A DNA stretch of 64,000 bases from the NCBI GenBank assembly GCA_973895155.1, contig OZ316892.1, forward strand, positions 15,802,861 to 15,866,860, in the 5' to 3' direction. Shown piece by piece: positions 22,826 through 35,460 of the stretch. This stretch comes from Marsupella aquatica. Its lineage: Eukaryota; Plantae; Marchantiophyta. Both the position numbers and the translations under genes were made by a program. Every line of letters starts with the position of its first letter. The stretch's first letter is position 1. The notes below the pieces were generated by a model that saw nothing but the letters and a program-made list of their open reading frames with translations, made no database searches and had not been told where the DNA came from.

Positions 22826-25823
22826 ATGGAACAGAGTGACACAGAGATGTGTGAGTATGAAAGGAAAGCTATGGAACAACGAGCATACGTGAAAGCCAAA
22901 ATCGCAGAACTGGATCTGGAAAAGGATGTGGCTGAATTGTAAGGGAATGATTCTCAACTACACCCCTCCGCTGAGTTTGTGTGACATGAATAGTTCAATG
23001 TGGCACTGAAATTGTGACTGTATTCTCATATTGGATTCAGACAACATGAAATTCTGTCCACCTGCCATTGCATGCAGATTCTGCCCAACCTGATTGGGCA
23101 AATGCTAGTAATGATCAGTTCCAATGTCCACAAGGACAGACATGGGTTGAACCAGGTTGGGAGGATGGTGGTGGGTCGTGGAATGAACAAGGTTGGGAAG
23201 GTGGTGAAGGTAATTGGCAGGGATATCAAAATACAGTACCTACAAACGCTGGAAGAGGGGCAGGTAATGTCTGATCTTGTCAGCAATGGAAGAACTCATT
23301 ATATCTGGAGTCCATTCACGTGGGGGGGATTCTGCACATGTATAATGATAGAAAATGTATGTGTGCAGGTTGGATAGTCGAACTATCGACTCAAGTATTC
23401 ACTAATGCCCCTATGCAGATGCAGCACGGAAGGGGGACAGGTATGTCGGTGAATGTTCAGTTGTTTTCCTATAGTTTGTACTTAGTTTTCAGTACATATG
23501 TTTGCACACACATACCTAGAAAGTGACATCATCCGGCCCCTGTACTAGGCTGGACAGGTGGTCCAGGGTCGCAACAATTTCAGAGTGCAGTCCCTGCACA
23601 GGCATCTATAGGCAGAGCTACAGGTATGTATGTTTGAAGAATTTTTCTTGAAGTGAAGCATTGAATGTTGCCGTCATCCATTCTGCTATATGTAGTTCTC
23701 AAGCATGAATGGCATTGTATTTTCCCAGGTGGCTTCAGAACCCCAGGTAGGGTGAATGAAGGGGTGGCCAATACAACGCCCAGTACTACCGAGAGCAGTG
23801 CACGAGGGGAGGTGACAAAGAAAGGGAACGTAAAGTTGAATGAGAGACAATGGGTGGATGCTGAGTGTCCTCGCAAGAACCGATGGCATGCTAATTTGAA
23901 AGCTGAAGTATTGCGTTGGTTAGATGTGAGTGTTATTAATTAAAAAAAACAGCATCCAAAAGATTGGAAGACTGTATGTGAAAATGTTGCTGCCAAATGG
24001 AATTATGTGGGCAGTGATGATGGCGTGGACATAGGTTGCCTAGAGAGTACAGCAGGTAAAATCATCAAGCAAGAGAGGTGGAGAATGCATAAGGCTTGGA
24101 AGGAAGGTGGGGAGAAGCCAGATATACCTCCACCAGCCAGTTGTGATGATAAAGTGTGGGCAAGGTTAGTAGCTTATTTTGTAACAGATGCTTCAAAAAA
24201 GAAGAGTTCACAGATGACCGAGGCTAGGTTGAGTGTTCAGAACCCTAATCTGACAGGAAGGACCGGCACTGCACCGACAGCTAAACGTTTGGTAAGAATG
24301 AATGGCCTAGCTATGTAATTTATGCTACACTATGTATTGTTTTTTAGTGTAAACCCATACATGTAAACTTTGTTTTTTAGTGTACGTTCCCTGAATATTG
24401 ATCGATAACTTGTGTTTGCCATGCATGTGCAGAAAGCCCAATTGGGGCAAAGCCCTTCAAAAGAAGAGTTGAGGGCTGAAATTGTGAACACCCGGGCTCA
24501 AGAGGGTGCATCTGAATCCTCCAAGCATGTAAGTTATATGAGTTCTGATTGGTAATTGAATGACCTGCGTTGAATTTCAGGTGTACACTGTATATAACAT
24601 TGATTGTGCATATATTGCCCAACATTTCATATGGAGTGATTGAACCTATACCCCTGTGTCATGTAGGGAGGTGGATCTTCACTTACAGAGATAAGTGGTC
24701 GTTTGAAGGCTATCGAAACATGTCTTCCAGAGCTCAATGAACGTTTGAATTCATTGACTGACTTGTTCCATGTGAACTTCAAGACATTAATGGAAGCTGT
24801 TGTGTCGGTGAGAGATAAAATTGATTCCAATTCTGCAGGAGTTCCACCATCACCACTTGAGGTGGCAAAGTCGATGCACTCTTCTGGCATGCCAACGACA
24901 TGTAGGCTTGAAGGTAAGGCCTTTACAACTGTGTGGGATATGATTATTAAATGTATAGTTTGAATTGACATTGTTTGTTGAATGTGTTATTTTCAGTAAC
25001 ATATATTGTGGTTGTTGTGTCCATAGAGAATAAGACAGGTGCTACAGAGACGAAGTATGAGAACCTGGCAAATACTCGTTGTAATTTAGAGGCAACAAAG
25101 TTGCAGTCTGTACAAGCAACTTGTTTGACAGAGGGCAGTCAACCATGTTTGGATGAGGATGACATTGGCAAGGGAGTGGATGATATCAATGTTGGGGCAA
25201 ATGAGGATATCAGCAAGCATGACAATGATACCATTGAGCCAGATTCATGCTATGTAGATCTTGACTCCATTGCAAAGATAAATGATTTGCAAAATGTATC
25301 ATTCTCAATGACAGGTGTGCCTCTTGTTGAGATAAATCCAACCAAAGAGTTAGTTGGTATGACACTCCTAGGTGATGAACCTACTACTGTGATAGTCCTA
25401 ACAGAGGAACCTACTGAGCCTAGCTTCACTACTGTGAAGAGAGGAAGAATGCGCACACGAAGCAAGTCTGCTGGTGGGAGCAGAGCCACGTCAAAGGTTT
25501 CATACAAACCTCCAAGAACGGTGCTGGCAGAAAGATCTAAGGTGGAAGTGGGGAAAGCACCTAATGCTGAGGGACAAAGTGGCTTGTTAGCTCTTGATGA
25601 GAGTGGAACACGAGTAGGATTTGGCAGAGTGCAGGTTGGTTCCACAACGTTCCATGGCAAGAGGATTCCCCCAGGTTATTCAGTAGTGTTAGTCACATTA
25701 CTAGTGAAACCTAAAGCTGTCCTTCCCATTCCAAACACAAATGATGATCCTCCTCAAAAGACACTTGGAGATACTGCAGGTTCTTTGGTATTATGGCCAA
25801 GCAAGTTCATAGAGGATCCATAA
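22826..25823 (+). pseudogene. CACTA TnpA/ORF2-like multi-exon gene
   Basis: Several short GT-AG exons. PPPASCDDKVWARLVAYF...KKKSSQMTEAR...NLTGRTG (Ptta/En-Spm-like), then C-terminal FHGKRIPPGYSVVLV...LPIP...TLGDTAGSLVLWP (Tnp1-like). In-frame TAA at 23941. Confidence 0.8.
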
Positions 25824-26379
25824 CAATGTCATGCCATTATTTGTTTGTAGTGTGAGTCATGTTATGTAGATTTTAGATGTCAAGAAGCAGTACAAGAATC
25901 ATGTCCTCTTGGAAATTCATAGTATCATGCATGTGCTTTTTGTATCTCATCCTGCAGTCATCAATTATGAGTTCCTGTTTTGTCTGAATTACATTGATCA
26001 CATTGTAAACTATTCCATTGGAATTCAAATGATCTTCATTTTTTAGCAAGATTGTGATTGTGTTTAATTCTTATGAATGTTTTATGTAGGATCTGCTTAT
26101 ATGATGCTTTGTTTCATGTGGATGTCATTCATGCTATGTTCATTTCTTGTATTCAATGTGTTATATTTCTAAAGTTAGAACATCAGGTTTCTATGTATTG
26201 TAATGTCGAGTGCTCTCTCTCCTTATGAACTGTCCCTCTGTGTTCATTAGTCATGGTTATAACTTGCATGTGAACCTTATTAGTTATAAACATGAGTATA
26301 TAGAGTCCCAAATGGTTCTGTTGTGTGACGCGGGCCAAGGTCTCCATTGGTCTCTCCTGTGACACTAAATGGTCACACG

Positions 26380-26660
26380 CTAGTCGTTGTTGAATGCGGG
26401 TAAGTCATGTATGTGACTTACGATGTGACTCGCTGAAGTCATATTGCAGTCACGTCGAAACAAGGCTAGACTCCACAATAAAGTCACAGATCAGTCACAA
26501 ATGGGTATCAAGCAAGTTGCAAAGCCCAGTATCAATAGTGACTTCCATTTTTTGGTCTCAACTTTTGCAACTCCAAGGGTCACAGCGTGGGTCAAGTCAC
26601 GTTGAGTCACAATGAAGTCACATGAGCCAAAATGAGTCACATATTGCGGTCTCAGTTCAC
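26380..26660. repeat. CACTA 3' subterminal repeats
   Basis: Many AGTCAC(A)/GTGACT motifs in both orientations; similar motifs at ~10680-10790. Confidence 0.75.
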
Positions 26661-26680
26661 CTCGGATTCTTCTAGTGCCT

Positions 26681-27330
26681 CTTCACCACGGCCTCGCCTG
26701 CCACTGCCTCGCCTGCCATGGCCTCGCCTGCCACGGCCTCGCCTGCCACGCGCCTGCCACGGCCTCGCCTGCCATGGCCTCCTCCTCCTCCCCTGCCCCG
26801 TGCCTGCCCTCCCCTCCCCTCCCCTCCCCGCCCCTCCTCCTCCCCTCCCCTTGCCTCAACTAGTGAGGGCTGCAGCGGCCCTGCCCTCCTCGTCTCGCCC
26901 CTCAACGTCGCGATCCCCTCCTCCCTCTTGCGGTCATGACCCCCTCCTCCCTCTCTCCCTCCTGCCGTCCCGACAGCCCCGTACCTGGACCAGCCTGACA
27001 GCCCCGGCCCAACAGCCCCGATGCCTCCCCACCTCCCGCCCCGCGCCTTTGACCAGCGAGGGCCGCGGCGGCCATGCCCTCCCCGCCCCGCCCCTCTTGC
27101 CCAGACGCCAGCCTCCCCTCTCGGCCTCCCCTCTCACTCACCCGACCTTGCCTCCCCTCCCCCTCACGACCTTGCCCTTGCCGCAACCTCGAACCCCCCT
27201 CCCCCTCATCACGACCTTGCCTCCCCTCCTCCTCGCCGCAACCTTCCCTCCCCCTCACCCAACCTTTCCTCCCCTCCCCCTCACCATGACCTCGCCCTTG
27301 CCACGACGGCCGACTCCCAAGACTCCTGGA
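26681..27330. repeat. GC/pyrimidine-rich low-complexity tract with 15-bp ggcctcgcctgccac repeats
   Basis: About five tandem 15-mers followed by ccctcccc arrays. Continues the tract at 10560-10645. Confidence 0.8.
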
Positions 27331-27819
27331 ACAAACCTCTACTCTGCCATTGCCTCTTGATGCCCAACTTGCCTTGGCCTGCAGTCGCCGAGGACAACTC
27401 CGATCCCAACTCAGGCCTGGGCTGCTGACAACAACTCCATGCCCGACTCAGACCTGGGCTCAGCCTTGCATTGCCCTTGCCTGGACCCAATAGATCCCTT
27501 GGATATTGAAACTTGAGACATGAGACTCAAGAGTGTAGGCCCCAACATGTGCTCTAACTCACCTACTTGCCCCAGGATCAAACTCCGAGGCAAGCACTCG
27601 GTTGCCGTTATGTGTTGCCACTATGTTTTGCACTGAAAGATGCATGGGTTGGGGGCCAAAAATATCAGGACCAAACGTGGTCCGGGGGTGGCAGGTCCCC
27701 ATAAGCATATATGAGGGGACCACCTCCTCTCAAGCATCCAAGTTGGAAGGTGATACAAACCACACCACCACCCCAAGGGGGAATGGCATTGGCATGTAAC
27801 GAGCCGAGTAAACATGGAC

Positions 27820-28965
27820 GAGGTCACCAATGGGATTCCATGCAAGGGGTAGGAAATTTGTGCCGCTAAAAAGTCGGCCAACCCGTGCCGTTGCCCCAAG
27901 GGGTCTTGACATTGGGGCGGCCAAAAGCCAAATAAGCGGTCACAACGACTTTAAGTGAAATGCTTAAAGTAACCAAAAATCTGGGGTTACCAATGGGGTT
28001 GGGGGATGCAAGGAGTAGGTAAAAGGCCCATTGAAAAGTTGGCCAAGCCGTGCTGTTTCCCCAAGGGGTCTCGCCATTGGGTCTGCCAAAGCCAAGTAAG
28101 CGGCCACTGCAACTTTAAGTTAAACGCTTAAAGTGACGAAAACTTTGGGGTTACCAATGGGGTTGCGGGATGCAAGGGGTAGGAAAAAGTCCCGTTGAAA
28201 AGTCAGCCAAGCCGTGCTATTGCCCCAAGGGGTGTCGGCACTGGGGTGGCCAAAGCCAAGTAAGCGATTGTGCGACTTTAAGTTAAATGCTTACTAGATT
28301 GCTACCAGAAACTAGATTGCTCCGTGTAAAAGAGCTCCTTAATCAAGAACGGGTTGCCTGGATACATAGCCGCAATGTTTGGATTACTTTTGTTTGATGT
28401 CGATTATGTTGAGTAGGTCCTCTTCTGGTTGAGTGTGTTGGATGCTATGTCCTCTTTGATTAGGCTATACCTAGGAGAGGTCACTTAGGGCGGACTAGCT
28501 GGGATTCTCAGTTTGCTTTGGCGCTGCTTTTGTTCTGCCCCCTCATTGGTATGGTGCCAGTGGTGGCTGTGTTTGGTTTGATTGTTTTCCCCCCAACCAT
28601 GGGGTTTTCGTGGCCTTTATGTTATTAATGAAAAACAATTTCAAGGAAGTTAAACGCTTTAAAAAGTGACAAAAACTTTGGGGTTACCAAAGGGGTTGCG
28701 GGATGCAAGGGGTAGGAAAAAGGCCCATTGAAAAGTTGGCTAAGCCGTGCCGTTGCCCAAAGGGGTCTCGGCATTGGGGCGTCCAAAGCCAAGTAAGCTT
28801 CCGCTGCGACTTTCAATTAACTTTAAGTCACCAAAACTTTGGGGTTACCAATGGGGCTGGTTCTTGATGCAAGCAGTGGCAAAATGTTTAGTTGAAAAGT
28901 TGGCCAAGCCGTGTCATTGCCCCAAGGGGTCTCGGCATAGGGGTAGCCAAAGCCAAGTAAGCAAA
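27820..28965. repeat. ~164-bp tandem array (about 5 units) in the Helitron 5' region
   Basis: ggggttaccaatggggttg...gatgcaagg...aaaagttggccaagccgtg...ccaagggg...aaagccaagtaagc recurs at ~27822, 27983, 28147, 28680 and 28841. Confidence 0.9.
28293..28646 (+). mobile_element. 354-bp insertion, probably a 5'-truncated non-LTR retroelement
   Basis: Interrupts one tandem unit. Flanked by a 13-bp duplication aagttaaa(t/c)gctt (28280-28292, 28647-28659). A-rich end ttattaatgaaaaac. Confidence 0.65.
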
Positions 28966-29306
28966 CATGGGTTAATTTAAGGGCAAGAGGCACAAATCCT
29001 GGAAGCAGGAGGAACGTTGCCAAGGTTAGGTGGGTGTGTGGGATGAGGGGGCCCTTATAGGATGTATCCTTGACGGATATTGGGCTCCTTGAACTAATAT
29101 CCCATGTCTCTTGCGATGGTGTCCTCCAACCGACGTTCAACCTACTTAGGGTTTGTCAAGCTTGGAACGGGGCATGTAAATTTGAATGACTCATTTAAAT
29201 TTGAATGACTAACAATATATGTGCGTTGGATGCAGACAACGGACTATGGGTGAGAGCATGGAGTAATTAATTAGGGCTTTCTTATGACGAGGGTACCATT
29301 GCCAAC

Positions 29307-32300
29307 ATGCCTCCTCCCGACCAGGTATTGGCGGCTTGCCGTGAGAGGTACGCCAAAAACAAAGATGCCATTAATGAAAGGCGGAGAGAGAGGCAAGCGC
29401 AGCGTTGGCAACAACAAAATGGGGTGGTTGGAAATAATGGAGGGGCTATGGGGGCTCCAACGGATGGGGTTCGGGCAAAAGCAAGCGCTCAACCAAACTT
29501 GGTTGCGCACATGAACAATGGGAGACAGCTTTGTCGTGAGGCTCGGGGCCAAGGGCAAGCATTGGAAAGACCCCATGACATTCCAATATTAGTGTTGGTG
29601 ATCCAAGCACATCAATCTGCCAACCCATGGTTCCCTGTGACCCACATGTATTTGATGAAGGATGGCTGATTCAAGGTGCTTTGGATGAAAGTGGGATTCA
29701 CCATCGTCCATTGGAGTTAGCCGCCAACACGTCCTATGAGGCAGCATCACATGTTCAGCCGGAACCTTGCCTCTATGATGAGGAGTGGTTTATCAATGGG
29801 GCGTTGGATGATGGGGGGATCGATTGTCCTCCGGAGGAATCAATGCACGCTCACACTCAAACTCATTTGTTTAATGAGAAGTGGCTCATCAATGGGGCAA
29901 TGGATGGCGGGTTTGATCAACATGTGGATGGGGGAATTATATGATGCTGAGGAAGATTATGTCAACAATGGGGATGGTGAATTTGACACTTATGTCAAGG
30001 GGACCTTGGAGTTGTCAAGTGGAGAAAGGGAACCGGATGTAGTGCCCAATGTTACATCTGAAGTCCAGGAGAGTTTGGCAGTTGCACCAATCACACCTGC
30101 GTTGCGGAGCAAAGAAGAAATAGCACGATGAAGATGGAGGGCACAACTAATCAATCATCTTCCAAAGGCGCGAAGGCCATTGGATCCTCACTTGGCCCAA
30201 CATTGCTTGGGGCCTATGGACGTGGTTTGCCGCACATGTGGGGCACTTTATTGGCTTGAGGAGTGCAAAAAGGGCACCAAAAACAATCCCCTTTTTAGTG
30301 CCTGTTGTGCGGACGGCAAGGTGAAATTACCTCCTTTTGGTGCCTCACCTGAGCCTCTGTGAAGCTTGCTTACAAGGCAAGACAATGTTGGGAAGAATTT
30401 CTACGACAACATAAGAGGTTATAACAATGCCTTGGCGTTTACCTCCATTGGTGCAAAAGTGGATGAGCGCAATAATAGTCGAGGACCTTATTCCTTTTGT
30501 ATCCAAGGAGCATTGTACCATCTTGCGGGGAGCCTTTTGCCCCCTACAGGAGAAGGACCCAAATTCGCGCAATTGTACATTTATGACACCGCCAATGAAG
30601 TGGGGAATAGGTACATTCCCCAATCCCATGACCATTTGCTCTTCCATCTTGCTTAGGTACATTTTCATATATATCTCCAACCTGAGTGGTTCTAATTGCT
30701 TTTCTTGCAGGCTCAACCAGATGCCACACTTGGATCCAAGGATACTGGCTCAACTGCAAGACATGTTGCACAAACATAATGGATATGTTCATCTATTTAA
30801 GAATGCAGGAAGTCAGATCGAGGGGGGCAATGTGCCAGAGGTATCTTTACGCCTCCTGGCCGAGAGCGATAGTGATCCAAGACGTTATAACAAGCCCATG
30901 GGCGATGAGATCGGCGTTGTCATGGTGGGTGACGAAGATATAGAGGTATGCCATAGGGACATCATCCTTAGGCAAATAGATGGGCATTTGCGCAGGATCT
31001 CTGAGTGGCATAGGTCTTATGCACCACTCCACTATGTTCTTCTTTTCCCGTGAGGCCAAGACAGATGGTCATATGATATCCCATTGACGGGTTTTGAAAT
31101 GAGTGATGGGGTTCTTCATCAAGCTGTTACCAGGGCAAGGAGTGGACATAACGGGTCCAAGAAGGTCACCCAACTGCAATACTTTGCGTACCATCTTCAT
31201 GCACGATGCAATGATGATTGGCTCCTTCGTGGTTGACGGCTCCTCAAGCAGTACATTGTTGATGCCTATGCATGCATTGATCAAACACGCTTGACATATA
31301 TCCGCAATAATCAACAAAAATTGCATCCTGACCTGTATTCAGGTCTTCAAGATGCCGTGCACGAGGGAGATGCACGCGCAAGTGAGTTGGGAAAGACTTT
31401 CATCCTGCCCTCAACTTATGGTGGTAGCGCACGTAGTATGGCCTAGGCGTATCAGGATGCCATGGCTGTCGTACACACATACGGCCCGCCAGATCTCTTC
31501 ATCACATTCACTTGCAATCTAGAATGGCCGGAGATAAAAGTAGAGTGCTTTGAGGTTTGAAGTCCAGCTGACCGGGATGAGATTGTGGCACGATGCTTCA
31601 AATTGAAGCTAAGGGCATTGTTGGTAGAGGTTTGCCAAGGGGTCTTAGGAAGGCCCATTGCCTCTATGTAAGTCATAGAGTTCCAAAAGCGTGGGTTGCC
31701 CCATGCCCACATGTTGATCATTTTGGCAGAGCAGCACAAGATTTGCACCCTTGACGAGGTGGATGAGTTGGTGTGTGCCGAGATCCCTGATAGAGTAAAA
31801 TATTGTCGACTTCATGAGACAATAACCAAGTGCATGGTCCATGGTCCATGTGGCATAGGTTATCCGAACTCGCCCTGCACGGAAGATGGGAAGTGCACTA
31901 AGCGTTGTCCTTACGAATTCTCCTCAAAGACACAATTTGGGGATGGAGGCTATCCTTTGTATCGGAGGCAAGACAATGGCCAGTCATTCAACAAGGACAA
32001 TACTGGATTTAGGTTTGACAATAGATGGGTTGTTCCCTACAGCCCATACTTGAGCATGAAATACAATGCTCACATTAATGTGGAGATTTGTGTTTCCATT
32101 AAGGCAATTAAGTACTTATACAAGTATGTATATAAGGGGCATGATCAGGCAACGGTGGAAGTTGGAGAGTTGTGGGATGAAACCAAAACACATTTTGATG
32201 CACGCTACATGTCTGCGGCGGAAGGGACGTGGAGGATTTTCCAATTTAAAATGGCAAAGAGTAGTACTTCTGTCCAGCGTCTCCAAGTGCATTGTGAACG

Positions 32301-34475
32301 GGAGCAGGCAATGATGTTCAATGAAGATGCAGACATTGTAGACGTGGTTGAAAGGAAATTGGACAGGGACACCACTTTGACAAGATGGTTCAAGACAAAC
32401 ACAATGTTTAAATTGGCACGCTCTATCACGTACACAAATTTCCCTCAAGAATGGACTTGGAACAAGGCGGTACAGAAATGGACTCCGCATCAGCCGGGGC
32501 ATCAGCAAGGGTTCAGCATTGGGCGAATGTACTTTGTGGTGCCATCGGCAAGGGAGAGATATTATTTGCAAGCCCTCTTGATTGTTGTCGCTGGGGCTCA
32601 GAGTTTTGAAGATCTCCAAACTTTTGAGAACGTGGTCCATCCAACGTTCAAAAAGGCCACCCTCACGCGTGGATTGTACAAGAATGATGTTGAGTGGGAT
32701 AGGTGTCTTCGCGAGGCGGGCCTCATGCAAACCGGCTCACAGCTTCAACGGTCGTTCATCACCATCCTCATCTTTGGAGGTCCAACACAACCCTGTGATC
32801 TGTGGACAACTCATGCTTCAAAGTTGAGTGACGATTGTTGTAATCGCCTTCTAAGCTTGGGTTTTCTTGAACCCTTAGAAGAACAACAAAGGAGCTTTGC
32901 CCTGTATTTGATTGGACATGCATTGCACATCCAACGGAAGACGTTGGGTGAATTTGGGTTGCCCCTCCCTTCAAAACAATTTTGTGAAGATCTAGCAAAC
33001 ACCAATCAATTGATACGGGAGGAGAGGTCCTATCACCAGGAGATTTTGTTACAACAATTGACTGAGCAAGCGCCTTTGTTGAATGTTGGGCAATGCACTG
33101 CTTACACTGCAATATTGGAGGCGGTTCGGGGTCGTGAGGCTTCCACATTCTTCATAGATGGGCCAAGAGGCACGGGGAAGACTTTTGTTGAGAATGTTCT
33201 TTTACGTAGGGTGCGGGCTGATCTGGGGACGTAGCGTTGGCTGTGGCCTCTTCAGGAATTGTAGGTTTGTTGTTGGATGGAGGTCGAACAACACATTCAA
33301 GGTTTAAGCTTCCTCTCAATCCCGATGCTCAATCGCTATGCAACGTGAAAAAGAAAACAGAGCTTGCTGAATTATTGCGAAGGACAACATTCATTCTGTG
33401 GGATGAAGCACCTATGGTTCATCGGCATGCTGTGGAGGCGCTTGACAGGACACTTTGTGACATAAGAGAAGACAACAGAAAGTTTGGGGGGCTGGTGGTT
33501 GCATTTGCAAGGGACTTTCAACAAGTGTTGCCGGTGAAGGCAAGAGCAAGCCGTGCGCAGATTGTGGGAGGATGCTTGAAGAAATCTCCCATTTGGCACT
33601 TTGTGAAAACGTTCAACCTTACGGAGAATATGCGTGCGTGGGGTACATCCAGCCACTTCAATTGAGTTTGGGAACCAGACTTTCCAAGAATGGCTCCTTC
33701 AACTTGGGGATGATAAATTGCCAAAGCAAGGAGCGTTAAATAACATGATTATGGTCCGCCATCCATGGTGAAGAACATTGTTGACACAGACTCCTTGATT
33801 CATGCAATTTATCCATCGTTGGAGAATATTGATGACAAGTTCCTAAGCGAGAGAACAATATTGGCACCAACGAACGAGGAGGCACTGAAGAGCAACAATT
33901 CAATATTGGAAGGGCTCGGAGGAGATGCGCACACCTTCTTAAGTTTAGATCGCCCGGATCAATTGGAAGGACGTGACTTTTACCCTACTAAGTTCTTGAA
34001 TACACTAACACCCAGCGGTTTGCCTTTGCACAAGCTGGTACTTAAGGTTGGATGCCCTGTTATTCTTTTACGTAATGTCGACTTCACTACAGGACTATGT
34101 AACAGGACACGACTCATAGTATGTACAATCAATAGTCGTATCATAGAGGTGCGGGTTCTTGCAGGCAAACATGCAGGGAACATAACGTTCATACCACGTA
34201 TTCCATTGACGTCAGATGAGGGACTTCCTTTCATGCTGCGAAGAGTCCAATTCCTGGTTCGAGTGGCATATGCCATGACTATTAACAAGGCACAGGGTCA
34301 GACTTTAGAACATGTAGGATTGCAACTTTCTAAGTCGGTTTTCAATCATGGTCAATTGTATGTTGCCTTTTCAAGAACAACATGTCCTACAAGGATAAAA
34401 GTGTTACTTCCAGATAGTGAAGATGGAGAAGCGAAGTTGACCAAAAATGTTGTATATGATGAAGTTCTCTACTAA
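29307..34475 (+). pseudogene. Helitron Rep-PIF1 helicase
   Basis: LGPMDVVCRTCGALYWLEE...CCADGKVKLP. Rep motifs PDLFITFTCN, EFQKRGLPHAH and KYLYKYVYKGHD. Helicase motifs FFIDGPRGTGKTF, WDEAPM, AMTINKAQGQT and HGQLYVAFSR. Intron ~30611-30710; many stops and frameshifts. Confidence 0.96.
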
Positions 34476-34659
34476 ATCAATAAAAACCTCATCATGTGTA
34501 TTCTCTTCAAAATATTTTATCAAGTGTGAATGTTATTCTTTCACTTTTGTTCTTAACATCTTTTACTTCATAACGTCTTTGACTAATGACATATTTTACT
34601 TATCAACCATATTGTACTTACAACATCGTTAAACTTAACCAAATTTTGTTCTCAACATC

Positions 34660-35105
34660 GTCTTGGGCGACACAACATCTTTTCTCTGCACGACCTCTTG
34701 GCCGACACAACATCTTTTCTCTCCAAGACCACTTGGCCCACACGGCATCTTTCTCTCCACGACCTCTTGGCGGAAATGGACATCTTTTCTCTCCACAATC
34801 TCTTGGCCGACACAATGTCTTTTCTCTCCAGGACCTTTGGCCGCCACACAATCTTTTCTCTCCACGACCTCTTGGCCGCCACGACATCTTTTCTCTCCAT
34901 GACCTCTTGGCCGACATGAAATCTTTTTTTCTCAACGACATCTTGGCCGACACAATATCTTTTTTTCTCCACGACATCTTGGCCGACACAATTTCTTTTT
35001 TTCTTAACGACATCTTGGCCGACACAACGTCTTTTTTTCTCAACGACATCTTGGCCGACATGACTTCTTTTTTTCTCAACAACATCCTGGTCTACACGAC
35101 TTCTT
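34660..35105. repeat. ~30-bp minisatellite in the Helitron 3' subterminus
   Basis: About 14 degenerate copies of ttttctctccacgacctcttggccgacacaacatc. Confidence 0.9.
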
Positions 35106-35118
35106 TTGTGTAACGCAC

Positions 35119-35247
35119 GGGTATTGAGCTAGTTCATAATAGATGCGTCGAGACTTGGGTATTGAGCTAGTTCATAATAAATAAATAGATGCGTCGAGAC
35201 GTGGGTATTGAGCTAGTTCATAATAAATTCGCCGATGCGTCGAGACG
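35119..35247 (+). repeat. Triplicated Helitron 3' junction
   Basis: gggtattgagctagttcataat...gatgcgtcgagac occurs three times in tandem. Confidence 0.9.
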
Positions 35248-35460
35248 TTGGAGGGGTGTTGTCACGCAAAGTCCAAACTAACTCATTAACAAAATGCTAG
35301 CAAAGTGCCCGCAATTCTATTGGTGTTACGGACTTCTTATCTAGTGGACCCTTGCTCGGGTGGCTTGGGCTGATGGTGTACGCCGAAAGATCAACCAAGA
35401 AAGTCTGAATGCGTTCACTTGGCAGTCACGGTCTATCTCAACAACATTACGTCTGGACTG

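Larger units (their letters stand above)
10646..26677 (+). mobile_element. Full-length CACTA (En/Spm) DNA transposon, 16,032 bp
   Basis: Perfect TIRs CACTAGAAGAA (10646) and TTCTTCTAGTG (26677). 3-bp TSD CCT at 10643-10645 and 26678-26680. Subterminal GTCAC/GTGAC repeats and internal TnpD/TnpA genes. Confidence 0.95.
9993..35132 (+). mobile_element. Helitron containing a nested CACTA; 5' end tentative
   Basis: 3' end: hairpin remnant tgtgtaacgcacgg, then CTAG|T at 35129-35132. Rep-helicase at 29307-34475. Candidate 5' end A|TCTTATGTATTATTATTAAA at 9993. The GC-rich gcctcgcctgcc tract continues on both sides of the CACTA insertion. Confidence 0.65.

Noticed and set aside
26632-27428. Long Pro-rich and Arg/Gly-rich ORFs
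   Set aside because: By-products of GC-rich low-complexity DNA that is open in several frames; one ORF crosses the CACTA boundary.
34660-35105. ~30-bp repeat array resembling a CRISPR
   Set aside because: Units are contiguous with no unique spacers, there are no cas genes, and the context is a eukaryotic Helitron subterminus.
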